A DNA stretch of 64,000 nucleotides from an uncultured Verrucomicrobiae bacterium. GTDB lineage: Bacteria > Verrucomicrobiota > Verrucomicrobiia > Chthoniobacterales > JAFAMB01. The stretch is taken from positions 2,496,001 through 2,560,000 of the forward strand of contig CAWIPH010000002.1 in the NCBI GenBank assembly GCA_963837955.1, in the 5' to 3' direction. This document shows, piece by piece, positions 22,442 through 32,644 of the stretch (position 1 is the stretch's first letter; the number at the start of each line of letters is the position of its first letter). The translations under genes and the position numbers were made by a program. The notes under the pieces are model-generated. The model ran no database searches and was not told the DNA's origin. It saw only the letters and a program-made list of their open reading frames with translations.

Positions 22442-22587
22442 GCGGACCTCCTTCCGTCAGCTAATTTGCGCCCAAGAGGACAGAGGAGCAAACGCGCAAA
22501 CGATTTTCGATTCGCTTGGTCAGTAGGGCCAAGCTCAACGGCGTTGGCGTTCGTTCTCGTTCGCTGGTATCCGCTGTCGGAGGACTC

Positions 22588-22636
22588 ATGGGTCCCATAG
22601 GACTTATGGGTCACATATGACTTATGAGTCCCATAC
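22588..22636. repeat. short 9/18-bp periodic repeat (GACTTATGGGTCCCATA-like)
   Basis: catgggtcccataggacttatgggtcacatatgacttatgagtcccata. Confidence 0.6.
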
Positions 22637-22727
22637 TTCATGCAAACCAGAAGGGGGTAGGGCTCGGTATTCAGGCCGAGCCTCTACCCCCAACTTCCAG
22701 CTGCTTCCAACCTCTGATCCGAAACTT

Positions 22728-23711
22728 CTAAACTCTTGCGCGTTGACGTGTATTTGTCGCAGTAACCGACGGAAGTTCACCGAAGAGCTCACGATAAATG
22801 GCGGAGAATCGGCCAAAATGGAAAAAACCCCAGCGTACCGCCACATCGCTTACGCGAACATCTTCAACTTCGTCTTTGAGAAGGTCCTGTCTTGCTGCGT
22901 TTAAGCGAGCTATCTGAGACCAGGCGCGAGGCGAAATACCATATGCTTCCTTGAAAAGCATTTCGATGCTGCGTTCGCTCATCCTGGTTGCAGTACACAA
23001 TCCGCGGCTGCTGAAAGGACTATCCATGTTGTCCCTAAGGAATTCTTCAGCCCGCCGCATGGCGGCAAAGCGGTAGCCGGCAAAATTTTGCCGAGTTCTA
23101 CCCGCAGGAGCGTCTGTGCTAGCCAGACTCCGGACAAATTCGTTGACTATTTCTTCGCAAAGGCTTCCTGCTGCTGGCCCATTGAGTGTTCCGGATCCGG
23201 CCAAATCGGACAGGGCCACTTCGATCACCGACGAAAGGTTAGTCGCCTGGTCTTGAGCTTTGAAACTGACCGTCCCGCGTTCGGGCAATCCCAAGGGTTG
23301 CCCGGTCAGAATTGTCGAAACCTCTTGCAATTCGCGACGGTCGACTAAAAGCGCCTGCCAAGACGTTCTTGGAGCATTTCTAAATTGCAGCTCGGCTCCC
23401 TCGGTGAAACAAAGGATCTCTCCTTTGCCGACGCTGAACCCGTTGCACCAGGCTGGCTTTTCCGTCCGGGGCGTGAAACCCAGACAAATTTGGTCCGGGG
23501 AAAACTGCCCATTTACAGCGAACGCCGGCGAATAGTCACCACAATCCAAGGAAGATTTTCCGAAAACAACCCGCCGGTGTCGAACTTCGAAGCTGCCGCC
23601 TTCCAACAATCGATGATCGAAACGACCGTCTCGAATCACTTCGAGAAGATTATGTGGATCAAAAGTTTCGATCCGCCGGTCAATAAATCCACACTGATCG
23701 ATCGTCTCCAT
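22728..23711 (-). CDS. AraC family transcriptional regulator (EutR-like)
   Basis: C-terminal HTH: SERSIEMLFKEAYGISP...VAVRWGFFHFGRFS..YRELFGELPS. Confidence 0.9.
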   Translation of the reverse strand: METIDQCGFIDRRIETFDPHNLLEVIRDGRFDHRLLEGGSFEVRHRRVVFGKSSLDCGDYSPAFAVNGQFSPDQICLGFTPRTEKPAWCNGFSVGKGEILCFTEGAELQFRNAPRTSWQALLVDRRELQEVSTILTGQPLGLPERGTVSFKAQDQATNLSSVIEVALSDLAGSGTLNGPAAGSLCEEIVNEFVRSLASTDAPAGRTRQNFAGYRFAAMRRAEEFLRDNMDSPFSSRGLCTATRMSERSIEMLFKEAYGISPRAWSQIARLNAARQDLLKDEVEDVRVSDVAVRWGFFHFGRFSAIYRELFGELPSVTATNTRQRARV

Positions 23712-23842
23712 GAAGTCATCTCCGAAAAGTTGCGACTCGCCGATGAAAAATTATGGAGATAATAGGGGATATATTGAGGTTAGCGCAATTGTTCTCTGTC
23801 CTTTTAGTCAAATAGATTGCCAACAGTCGTAGCCTAACCCGC

Positions 23843-24307
23843 CTATACCCGGGCAACTGACTCCGGAGAACGGGCGATGATTGACGCGGCAGAGACGCTC
23901 CTGGCCAGGGGGGCTATTCCGTCCAAAGTCTGGGTGATCGAAATGAGTAATTCGATAGGACTGAACGGCTTGGAGAGATGATAGGCAAACCCAGCTTTCC
24001 GTGTCATGGCCCCAAGATCTGGATCGCGAACGCCGGTTACGACAATGACCGGGACATTGCCACCGTTGTCCTTGCCCAAGAACCTGATGTCACGCAAAAG
24101 GTCGAACCCGTCTCGAGCCGGCATGTTCAGATCTACTATGACGATATCGGGCCGGACGCAGTTTACTGCGCTTACTGCTTCAAACGCATCCTGGCAGAGT
24201 GTTACAGATGCGCCGAAGCGAAGTAAGCATCGGCCCACGACTTCTCGGACCTCAGGATCATCGTCTACAATCACCGCTTTAATCATTGATAAGCATCCGT
24301 TTTCCAT
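23843..24307 (-). CDS. stand-alone response regulator receiver protein
   Basis: IVDDD, VDLNMP, KPF. Confidence 0.88.
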   Translation of the reverse strand: MENGCLSMIKAVIVDDDPEVREVVGRCLLRFGASVTLCQDAFEAVSAVNCVRPDIVIVDLNMPARDGFDLLRDIRFLGKDNGGNVPVIVVTGVRDPDLGAMTRKAGFAYHLSKPFSPIELLISITQTLDGIAPLARSVSAASIIARSPESVARV

Positions 24308-24668
24308 ATAGATGTCGGCCCACGCGCCCGACTCCGTTCGCTCAACAGCGGAGCAGGGCTGCTGAGTCGATCGAGGGCTGCTGAGTTAAGGGAGGACCCT
24401 AGCTATAAGTTGGTGCTCGCGCTATCCACTTTCCGCAAATTTATAGAAATTTTCGTAGTTATATGTCGATAAGTGGCTTTATCCGCGGAATTTGCGACAA
24501 CTGAGCGCGCATTGCGTCTCAATTACGCGAGAAAAACGAGCCCAAGGACAGGTCGAAAACTGACGTGTCACGGGGCTCCGATTCGTTCACGACACGTCCA
24601 TTAGTATGCCTGGCAAGAGACGGCTTTTGGTCATTGGCCGCGCGTTGACACTTGACAACGTCTGGGAG

Positions 24669-24694
24669 GTGCATATACACCCGTGTACATACAC
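24669..24694 (+). promoter_or_regulatory. tandem imperfect palindromes, putative MarR operator
   Basis: GTGCATATACAC and GTGTACATACAC downstream of TTGACA (24652), upstream of the membrane protein-MarR pair. Confidence 0.5.
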
Positions 24695-24705
24695 TATATT
24701 CCCTT

Positions 24706-25476
24706 ATGAGCTCTTCCCCCTTTCTTATTCTCACGATCGTAGGAACCAATGCCCTTATCACCATAATCCTTTTGTGGGGGATAAGGCGTGCTCTGCTCGC
24801 TGCCGGCAGGTCGTCGGCCGATGTCCGTCGTATCGTCTCGACGTTCGGTTCAGTGCTTTTTGGGTGGTTCGCCATTGCGCTTTCGCTGGGTTTGCTTGGT
24901 GTCTTCGGCCCCGCTCGCGGGCCAATCCCTTATATCGCGCTCGCCATTAGCGTGCCGATCGCTGTAGGCGCGCTTCTTTTAAGCGGGTCCAAACAAGTCC
25001 GGGAAATCCTGGGTGCCACACCCCAGAGTTGGCTCGTCGGATTTCAATTCTTTCGAGTGGTGGGCGCAACCTTCCTTGTCCTGTACGCAGCTGGCCGGCT
25101 GCCCGGAATCTTTGCGATTCCGGCAGGAGCCGGAGATGTCTTCATCGGATTGACTGCGCTGTTCGTCGCCGCCAGTTACGCGCAACGCCGCGAGAAAAGC
25201 GATTGGTTAGTCCAGCTGTGGAACTGGGTGGGCATTAGTGATCTCGTCATCGCCGTGGCGACCGGCTTCCTGAGCTCGCCATCGCCTTTCCAGATCTTTT
25301 CGCTGGACGCGCCGAATATCCTGATCGGCTCCTTCCCTCTGGTGATGATCCCGATTTATGCGGTTCCAATCGCAATTGTGCTGCATTTGGCATCTCTGAT
25401 GAAACTGCGCCAGGAGCGACGCGCCAGGTACGGCTGTGATGTAACTGGCCAAACACCGGAGCACGTTCATCCTTGA
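24706..25476 (+). CDS. multi-pass membrane protein
   Basis: About 7 hydrophobic helices; QFFRVVG, AIPAGAGD, WNWVGISDL, FPLVMIP..AVP...LH. Confidence 0.8.
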   Translation: MSSSPFLILTIVGTNALITIILLWGIRRALLAAGRSSADVRRIVSTFGSVLFGWFAIALSLGLLGVFGPARGPIPYIALAISVPIAVGALLLSGSKQVREILGATPQSWLVGFQFFRVVGATFLVLYAAGRLPGIFAIPAGAGDVFIGLTALFVAASYAQRREKSDWLVQLWNWVGISDLVIAVATGFLSSPSPFQIFSLDAPNILIGSFPLVMIPIYAVPIAIVLHLASLMKLRQERRARYGCDVTGQTPEHVHP

Positions 25477-25509
25477 CCAACGCTCTGGGTGTCGAGTGTG
25501 TTTGTACGA

Positions 25510-25950
25510 ATGTCGAAAGAACGATCTGTAACTGAACAGGAGGCAGCGACAACTTGCGCCTGTCAGAAAGTGCGCATGGCCGCAAGGGCAGTGACCCGAG
25601 CCTACGACCAAGCCCTGCGGCCCGCTGCCCTGCGAAGCACACAATTCACCATCCTGGTCGCAGCCAGCTTCGCGGGCGGCATTCCATTGCATCAGCTGGC
25701 TGACGCGCTGGGCCTGGACAGGACGACGTTAACCCGAAACCTTGCGGCTCTTCAGCGGGATGGGTTGATTCAGGTCGCCAATGTAAACGGCCGCACTCGC
25801 AATGTCCTAATACAGCCCGTAGGCGCTGCGCGCCTGAAGCAGGCTCTCCCGCTTTGGCATCAGGCCCAGCAAACGCTTCGCCGCAAACTTGGTGAGAAGA
25901 ACTGGGCCGAGACGCACCAGAGTCTGGCGAGGCTGGCAGAAGTGGCCTGA
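25510..25950 (+). CDS. MarR family transcriptional regulator
   Basis: CACQKVRMAAR..T..YD..L, QFTIL, LGLDRTTLTRNL. Confidence 0.9.
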   Translation: MSKERSVTEQEAATTCACQKVRMAARAVTRAYDQALRPAALRSTQFTILVAASFAGGIPLHQLADALGLDRTTLTRNLAALQRDGLIQVANVNGRTRNVLIQPVGAARLKQALPLWHQAQQTLRRKLGEKNWAETHQSLARLAEVA

Positions 25951-26015
25951 CCATTCGGTATCAAATATTACGAAGTTTCCCCAGTCACGGCTAAGAAGTG
26001 GGACTAGTTCGATCG

Positions 26016-28946
26016 CTACACCAATGCGTCCGCCAGGATCTCCACAGGGTGCTGCGCAATTCGGCCGGTACCATCCTTAATCTGGTGACGGCAGCTTGTG
26101 CCGGGCGCGGCGATTAGCGTGTCGACCGGCGTTGCCCGGATCGCCGGTAGTAGAACCAGTTCTCCAATCTGCATTGAGATCGCGAAATGTTCCTTTTCGT
26201 AGCCAAACGATCCAGCCATGCCGCAACAACCAGACGGAATGACTTGCACTTTGTAATTCAGAGGTAGTTCAAGCGCTTTGACAGTGGGAGCGACCGAGGC
26301 AAGTGCCTTCTGGTGGCAATGACCGTGAAGCTTAATCTGCCGCGATTGTTGGGTGAAAGCCTCGCGCCGGATACGGCCGGAATCGGCCTCGCGGGCGATA
26401 AATTCATCGATCAGAAGCGCATTTTTGGCGAGCGCTTTGGCCGCGCCAATTAGCTTTGTCGGAACAAGGTCAGGCACTTCGTCGCGAAAACCCAGTATAG
26501 CTGATGGTTCGATACCGATAAGCGGCGTGTCGGTTTTTACCACATCTTTGAGTAACTCTACGTTGCGGATAGCTAATCGTTGCGCATCGCGTAATAGGCC
26601 TTTGGAAATTTGGGCACGACCACTATCGACGTGCTTCGGAATAATCACCTCATAGCCCAAGCGGTTGAGCAGCTGCGTGGCTTTGATACCAATCTCGGCG
26701 TCGTTGAAGTTAGTAAACTCGTCGCAAAAAAGAAAAACGCGTCCGTTCGGAAAAGGGCCGCTTTGCTCAGCGTACCGCCGGTGCCAGCGCCGGAGAGTTG
26801 TTTTAGACAACTCGGGCATTGAGCGCTTCTGAGCGAAGCCGGAAAATCGTTTTAAGAGCGATCCGGTTATAGCGTTGCCGACTACCAAATTATAAACGGC
26901 TGGAGCAACCGAAGCCAACGTCATCGCCTGCGAAAAACCGGCAATCAGGCGGGAGCGTAAGGGTACCCCGCGGGCGTCGTAGAACTGCTGGAGCCATTCG
27001 GCCTTGAGACGAGCGACATCCACGTTGGAGGGACATTCGGACTTGCAGCCCTTGCAGGAAAGACAGAGGTCCATCACCTCTGCTACTTCATCGCTGTCGA
27101 ACGGGTTGAGTTTTGAGGAACGGGTGAGGACTTCTCGCAGGATGTTTGCTCGGGCTCGGGTCGTATCGCGCTCGTTTCGCGTCGCCATGAAGCTCGGGCA
27201 CATGGTGCCACCCATGAGGTGTGATTTGCGGCAGTCTCCCGAGCCATTGCACTGTTCGGCTGCGCGCAGGATTCCGCGAGAATCCGAAAAATTGAGGACG
27301 GTGCTGAATTCGCGCGCGGTCTGGCTAGGTTCGTACCGTAGGTTTCCATCCATCGGAGGCGTCTCGACGATTTTGCCAGGATTGAAGACACCTGACGGAT
27401 CCCAGGTCTGCTTGATTTCTCGGAAGAGCGCATAGTTTTTCTCGCCCACCATGAGTGGCAGAAATTCCCCGCGTAGCCGGCCATCACCGTGTTCGCCGCT
27501 GAGTGACCCACCATAGCGCTTCACTAGACGCGCGACCTCGGTCGCAATAACCCGAAAGAGCCGCCGGCCATCTTCCGCCTTAAGATTTAGAATCGGACGT
27601 AGATGTAACTCGCCTGAAGCGGCATGACCGTAGTGAACGGCGGATAGATTGTAACGTCGGAGGATATCATCGAAATCGCGCACAAATGTCGGCAGATCCT
27701 CCGGATCGACGGCAGTATCTTCGATCACCGCCACCGGTTTAGCATCTCCAGGTATATTGGAGAGCAAGCCCAGTGCTGCTTTGCGGAGATTCCAGACGCG
27801 GTTCTGATCTGCTCCCCAAACGGTTGAGTAGTGGTACCCGAGACCGGCATCGCGTAACTCGGTCTCGAGGCGCGTCGCTACGGTAGCAATTTTCCCGCGC
27901 GTTAAAGCAGCAAACTCAACTGCGAGAATGGCGCCCGGATCGCCTTGGACAAAGAAACGGTTTTTCCGCTGCTCTAGATTTGTCTTAGTACATTCAAGAA
28001 TATAGTGGTCGATCAGCTCACAGGAACGCGGGGCATAGCGCAGCGCCACAAGGTTGGCGTGTAACGCCTCGTCGATCGCAGAACAGTGGACGCAGACGAG
28101 AGCGCTTTCAGGCGGCGGCAAGGGTTCGCATGCTAACGTGATTTCGGTAAGAAAGGCCAGGGTGCCCTCGGATCCGGCAACGAGCCGGCAGAAATTAAAA
28201 GCTGGACCGTTGGGCGTGAACGGTGCGCAGGACGCAAGCGCATCGAGGGCGTAGCCCGTGTTACGCCGATGGATCGACTTCTTCGGGAACTCGCGTGCTA
28301 TCTCGTCACGGTTATCGGCATCATCCAGCATCTGGTTAATCTGGCGATAGAGCGCTGCCTCTAGCGAAGTGCCGGAAGACTTTGCCGCCAATTCAATCGG
28401 TGAAAGCGGACCAAACTCGACGATCGATCCGTCACTCAACACCGCGCGCGCAGCAAACAAATGCTCGCGCGTGCTGCCGTAGACGATGGAGTTGGCGCCG
28501 CACGAATTGTTGCCAACCATACCTCCGATCATTGCTCGATTCTGAGTGGAAGTTTCAGGCGCAAAAAAAAGTCCGTGACCCGCCAGCGCAAGATTCAGTT
28601 CGTTGCGGACAACGCCAGGTTGTACTCGGACACGACGGTTCTCGGCGTCGATCTCGACGATCCGATTGAGGTGGCGCGAAACGTCGACAATGATGCCGCC
28701 GCCGACAACTTGTCCAGCCAATGAGGTACCGGCCGTACGCGGCACCAGCGCCGTGCGCTGCTCGCGGGCAAAATGAACCAGTTGAATGATGTCCGCTTCG
28801 CTCTTCGGAAACGCGACCGCTTGCGGCATCTCGCGATAAACCGAAGCGTCGGTCGCATAGAGCGTCCGCATCGTCACATCGACATGAAGTTCACCTTCCA
28901 ACTTTTCTGAAAGGCGCGCGAAGTCAGGGGGGGCGGGCGATGTCAT
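26016..28946 (-). CDS. FAD-binding / Fe-S oxidoreductase (GlcD-GlcF-type fusion, 2-hydroxyacid dehydrogenase-like)
   Basis: YATDASVY, GTSLAGQ, GSEGTL, GEHGDG, CNGSGDC, CLSCKGCKSECP, CCGMAG. Confidence 0.92.
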   Translation of the reverse strand: MTSPAPPDFARLSEKLEGELHVDVTMRTLYATDASVYREMPQAVAFPKSEADIIQLVHFAREQRTALVPRTAGTSLAGQVVGGGIIVDVSRHLNRIVEIDAENRRVRVQPGVVRNELNLALAGHGLFFAPETSTQNRAMIGGMVGNNSCGANSIVYGSTREHLFAARAVLSDGSIVEFGPLSPIELAAKSSGTSLEAALYRQINQMLDDADNRDEIAREFPKKSIHRRNTGYALDALASCAPFTPNGPAFNFCRLVAGSEGTLAFLTEITLACEPLPPPESALVCVHCSAIDEALHANLVALRYAPRSCELIDHYILECTKTNLEQRKNRFFVQGDPGAILAVEFAALTRGKIATVATRLETELRDAGLGYHYSTVWGADQNRVWNLRKAALGLLSNIPGDAKPVAVIEDTAVDPEDLPTFVRDFDDILRRYNLSAVHYGHAASGELHLRPILNLKAEDGRRLFRVIATEVARLVKRYGGSLSGEHGDGRLRGEFLPLMVGEKNYALFREIKQTWDPSGVFNPGKIVETPPMDGNLRYEPSQTAREFSTVLNFSDSRGILRAAEQCNGSGDCRKSHLMGGTMCPSFMATRNERDTTRARANILREVLTRSSKLNPFDSDEVAEVMDLCLSCKGCKSECPSNVDVARLKAEWLQQFYDARGVPLRSRLIAGFSQAMTLASVAPAVYNLVVGNAITGSLLKRFSGFAQKRSMPELSKTTLRRWHRRYAEQSGPFPNGRVFLFCDEFTNFNDAEIGIKATQLLNRLGYEVIIPKHVDSGRAQISKGLLRDAQRLAIRNVELLKDVVKTDTPLIGIEPSAILGFRDEVPDLVPTKLIGAAKALAKNALLIDEFIAREADSGRIRREAFTQQSRQIKLHGHCHQKALASVAPTVKALELPLNYKVQVIPSGCCGMAGSFGYEKEHFAISMQIGELVLLPAIRATPVDTLIAAPGTSCRHQIKDGTGRIAQHPVEILADALV

Positions 28947-28985
28947 GAACTTGCCAAGTCACCATAGACGAGGCAGCAACTAAGA

Positions 28986-30005
28986 TCATCCTCGAAGCGC
29001 AGTCCGCGCAATTCGTCCTTCGATCGGATAGAGAGGATCACTGTATCCCGGGGTCGAGGCGTGACCCGGGGTCACCAGCCGATCAACCAACGCCTCGTCC
29101 TCTGCGGTGAAATCATAGTTAAGGCTGGCGAGGTACTCCTCCCAGTGGGGTTCGGTCCTCGGGCCGGCAATAGGAGCTGTCACGATCTGGTTGTTGAGCA
29201 CCCACGCAAGCGCGAACTGGCCCGGGGTAATCCCGCGTGAGCTCGCATGTTTACCGAGTTCACGAGCAATTTCCAGGCTCTCGAGTCGCCACTCTGTCTC
29301 CATGATGCGTTTGTCTTTCCGGCCAACCCGTGTATCCCCGGCTGGGGCGCTGTTCGCCGCGTATTTCCCGGTCAAAACGCCGCGAGCCAGCGGGCTATAT
29401 GACGCGACGCCGAGTCCGTAATAAGCGCAGGCAGGCAGGTGCTCGACCTCAGGCATACGATTCAATAGGTTGTAGTACGGTTGGCTCACGACGGGGCGAT
29501 CGATCCCCACCAAATCGCAAAGCCGGCAGATCTCGGCCACGCGCCATGCTCGGAAATTCGACACTCCGAAATACCGGATCTTTCCCTGTCGCAGCAAGTC
29601 AGCGAGTGCATGAACCGTTTCTTCCAGCGGCGTTGTGGGGTCCTCTCGATGGAGATAAAGGATGTCGACGACGTCGGTTCCGAGGCGGCGAAGGCTGGCT
29701 TCGACCGCGTGAAAGGTCCGGCGCCGTGACAGTCCGCGGTCATTTGGGCTTTCACCCGTCGGGTTTGCCAGCTTCGTTGCCAGAATCCACCAGGATCTCT
29801 CGGCCGCGATGGCGCGTCCCACCACCTCCTCAGAGCGGCCGTTGTTGTAGGCGTCGGCCGTATCGATGAAATTGATGCCAGCCTCACGCGCCTTCGTGAT
29901 GATTCGTCCGGAGGTGGGTTCGTCCGTCGGGCCGCCAAACATCATTGCGCCCAAGCAAAGCGGCGAAACCTTGAGACCGCTGCGTCCCAGACCGCGGTAA
30001 TCCAT
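28986..30005 (-). CDS. aldo/keto reductase
   Basis: LGRSGLKVS.LCLG, DTADAY, GKIRYFGVSN, YSPLARG. Confidence 0.95.
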   Translation of the reverse strand: MDYRGLGRSGLKVSPLCLGAMMFGGPTDEPTSGRIITKAREAGINFIDTADAYNNGRSEEVVGRAIAAERSWWILATKLANPTGESPNDRGLSRRRTFHAVEASLRRLGTDVVDILYLHREDPTTPLEETVHALADLLRQGKIRYFGVSNFRAWRVAEICRLCDLVGIDRPVVSQPYYNLLNRMPEVEHLPACAYYGLGVASYSPLARGVLTGKYAANSAPAGDTRVGRKDKRIMETEWRLESLEIARELGKHASSRGITPGQFALAWVLNNQIVTAPIAGPRTEPHWEEYLASLNYDFTAEDEALVDRLVTPGHASTPGYSDPLYPIEGRIARTALRG

Positions 30006-30244
30006 GTTTATTTTCCCTCCGCTTGTTCGCCAGCGTCGCAGATAAGTCTAGAATTGGAAGATCGATGCTGACTTGGCTTCCGGCAAAAGATTGCAGTTTC
30101 CTTTTTGCCGTCTCTTCGAAGCAGTTGGGTCATGCGGAACAATAGCAGAAACGGTTCGGCTGAGCACGGATCGAAGCCGCAATCCTCCCACCATAAAACG
30201 AAATAGCCGATAGCCAATAGCCGACAGCAAGGATCTACGAGCGA

Positions 30245-30550
30245 TTACATAGAGGTCTCCCAACAAGTGGGAAGAGGGGTGCGAAACAAAGAAAGCAGGA
30301 CCACGATCAAGATCAGTCCAAAGCAAAGGACCGACCAAGATTGGGCCCAAGAAAGAAGTCTTGGTGTAATATCGCTCGGTTCCCAAGGGAACATCTTAGC
30401 GGTGTAGCGATTCAGATCGATACCATTCGCGTTCTCTGGGTCGGCATCCGCTGATTTGAATGCTTCTTCGCATGCTGCACAGATCGACTGGCCTTGAAAA
30501 TTCGGAGCGCCGCAGACCGGACAGTGTTGGGTCGAGGGAGATTGATCCAT
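30245..30550 (-). CDS. zinc-ribbon membrane protein (hypothetical)
   Basis: CPVCGA...CAAC N-terminus and a C-terminal TM helix. Confidence 0.55.
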   Translation of the reverse strand: MDQSPSTQHCPVCGAPNFQGQSICAACEEAFKSADADPENANGIDLNRYTAKMFPWEPSDITPRLLSWAQSWSVLCFGLILIVVLLSLFRTPLPTCWETSM

Positions 30551-30812
30551 TTCGGAACCTCTGTTTTCTCCCGAAGTCTATCACACATTCCAAGCAACTC
30601 CCACCTTACCTCAATCAAACGTAGCCTGATGCTTCCTCCTTCGTCCCCCCTAAACCCACAAACTACGGCGGACAAGCCAGCCTCAGGAATCCAACGCGCG
30701 CCATCTCCTGAGGCGGAGCATCAGGCTACTCTCTAATCAGCTCCGAAAAATAAATTTGCGATGCAGCCTGGAGAAATGCTCAACTTGTATGACACGTTTC
30801 TGAAGCCGCGGT

Positions 30813-31028
30813 ATGCCTCCCCCAGAGCATAACGATAGTCGCAGGATTGAAGAGATCATGGACCGAGCACTGTATCTATTCGGGGGAAACGAAAAGGCCC
30901 TTCAAGAATGGCTTAATCGTCCGGACCCGCAACTGAGCGACATGACCCCACAGGAGGTGATTGATTCGGGTCAGCCGGAAGCTGTAGCATTTATAATCGA
31001 AACTGCGTTGGAGGGCGATCCGGACTAG
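30813..31028 (+). CDS. Xre/MbcA/ParS antitoxin C-terminal domain (DUF2384-like) protein
   Basis: A..LFGGNE..L.EWL..P.P.L...TP.E.I..G pattern. Confidence 0.75.
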   Translation: MPPPEHNDSRRIEEIMDRALYLFGGNEKALQEWLNRPDPQLSDMTPQEVIDSGQPEAVAFIIETALEGDPD

Positions 31029-31278
31029 CAAAACCTGCCGGGGACCGTAACCGCAACAGTCTTCACTCGTTTTTCGCGTCTTTGTGTCAGCGGCAAAATA
31101 TCTTCGCGATTGGTTTTCCGTTTTCGGGAAAACAACAAGCGGATTTCCCAAATCTGGGAGGCCTGCACGTTCAAAGAACAGGGTGATTTCGGCTGGTTCG
31201 GACGGGTTCTCCCTGGGGAAGTGAATTCGAGCCTTCAGATGGTATTGAAGCTGCTATGGGAACATTCGAACAAACCCC

Positions 31279-31479
31279 GTGAACTCTGTAATTCATAAAA
31301 TCAGTCATCCTATTTTTGGTAACTGCGCCTGCTGCGCCAGCTATCGGTCGCTCAAATACGAAGATGTGGAGTTTGGATATCTCTGTATTGAGTGCGCTGA
31401 GCCTACTATGGTTGCCGACATCGAGCTAAACTTCGGCGGATACGGCCTTTGTCGACCAGAAGCGACGAAGAAGAGCTGA
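31279..31479 (+). CDS. small Cys-rich hypothetical protein
   Basis: CACC...CIEC pattern, 66 aa, GTG start. Confidence 0.45.
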   Translation: MNSVIHKISHPIFGNCACCASYRSLKYEDVEFGYLCIECAEPTMVADIELNFGGYGLCRPEATKKS

Positions 31480-31634
31480 TGGGCATGCTGGCGGTATCAG
31501 TTCGGTTGAGATTATCAGCTTAGGTCATTCGAACTGCGAACGGACCCGAAGCGACGCGAAAAGCGTCTGTGTCACCAAAGTGTCCGCGACGGATCGATCC
31601 AGATGAGGAATTCCAGCGGGCAAACGATCTAACA

Positions 31635-31928
31635 TCAGGCGTGCTGACCGGAGCCGGTCGCGACCGGTTTTGAGGTAGGCTCGATGGGGAGCCGGTCGTT
31701 TTCGAATCTTTTCGGTTCCTGTAGTCGAATTGCCTGCTTGCTCCTCGAATACTGCGACTTGTGGCCGTGCGTTGAGTCGACGACCAGAGCCTCGGGACCG
31801 ATCATCAGGACAAAAGAGACCGCACCGAGCAGAGTCAAACCGAGAACCAGCGCCATCGATAGACCTCCGCGAACTAGCGCTCGGTTGCGAAAGAAGCTTG
31901 ACTGCTTAGAGCGTCGGCAAGTCACCAT
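31635..31928 (-). CDS. hypothetical single-TM protein
   Basis: One hydrophobic segment; weak support. Confidence 0.35.
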   Translation of the reverse strand: MVTCRRSKQSSFFRNRALVRGGLSMALVLGLTLLGAVSFVLMIGPEALVVDSTHGHKSQYSRSKQAIRLQEPKRFENDRLPIEPTSKPVATGSGQHA

Positions 31929-32116
31929 AAACAGTACGCTTCAGGCCTACTAGAATATTCCCCAAATTTCAAAAAGTCATTTGACAGAGATCGAGTGTCG
32001 GCTTCTCCCTGGCCGTTTGGCTCATCGACTCGTTCGTCCGGAATCTTTCTCCGGAAGTTTAGGAGGCTGCGCTCATCGACGAAGCGAGTGGGCGATGCAA
32101 TTCACGCGAGTTGAAA

Positions 32117-32386
32117 TCATCTGTCGGATGAGGCAACGCCGGTATCGATGCTAGTGATCGAATCGAAGAAAAGAATTCGGTAACGCGAGCCACTGCCGGA
32201 GACGATAAAATCCTGCGCTCTATCCTCATCGGGAAGCGGGTCACCACGCTCGTTGGTGTTTGGCGAGAAGAAGATGTGATCGCGAGTGAAGACTCTGTAT
32301 CTCTCGCCGTTCGAGGTGATCAATGTGAAGGGTGCGAACGGGCTGGCTGAGGCAAGCCCCCGGATCTCTTGTTCTTTGGGGTGCAT
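32117..32386 (-). CDS. conserved-looking hypothetical protein
   Basis: EIR.L....PF.PFTL.T..GE.Y.V...DHI pattern that I recall from small PVC-phylum proteins. Confidence 0.6.
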   Translation of the reverse strand: MHPKEQEIRGLASASPFAPFTLITSNGERYRVFTRDHIFFSPNTNERGDPLPDEDRAQDFIVSGSGSRYRILFFDSITSIDTGVASSDR

Positions 32387-32644
32387 TTGACAATTGAAGT
32401 ATAAAGCACAAAGCAACGAGGATGCATCTCGGTATCGTGGCACAGAAGCCGTAGTTTTCCTGTCAGGCCCCTTAGCAGCTTACAGTCACGGAGCTAATCC
32501 GCGCCCCTGGCCGGGAGGGATCGCGTCCCCGCGATCCGTTCTTTCGGGTGGACGGCGGTTAAGGAGTGGCGGTTAACTAAGAGCCGTGGATAAATCCTGA
32601 TTATCTCTAGAGGCGTCCTGCTATCGAGCGGTTGAATCGCTGCA

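Noticed and set aside
21977..22600. 207-aa + strand ORF
   Set aside because: Only its start matches the duplicated gene tail; the rest overlaps the 22220-22441 ORF antisense and repeats.
30008..30386. Frameshifted continuation of the zinc-ribbon gene
   Set aside because: Downstream frames run through a 7-bp periodic tract and show no coherent protein signal.
32012..32038. Ninth ECF42-type site (also 43867-43893)
   Set aside because: Has the TCGTTCGTC half but no TGTC at the fixed distance.
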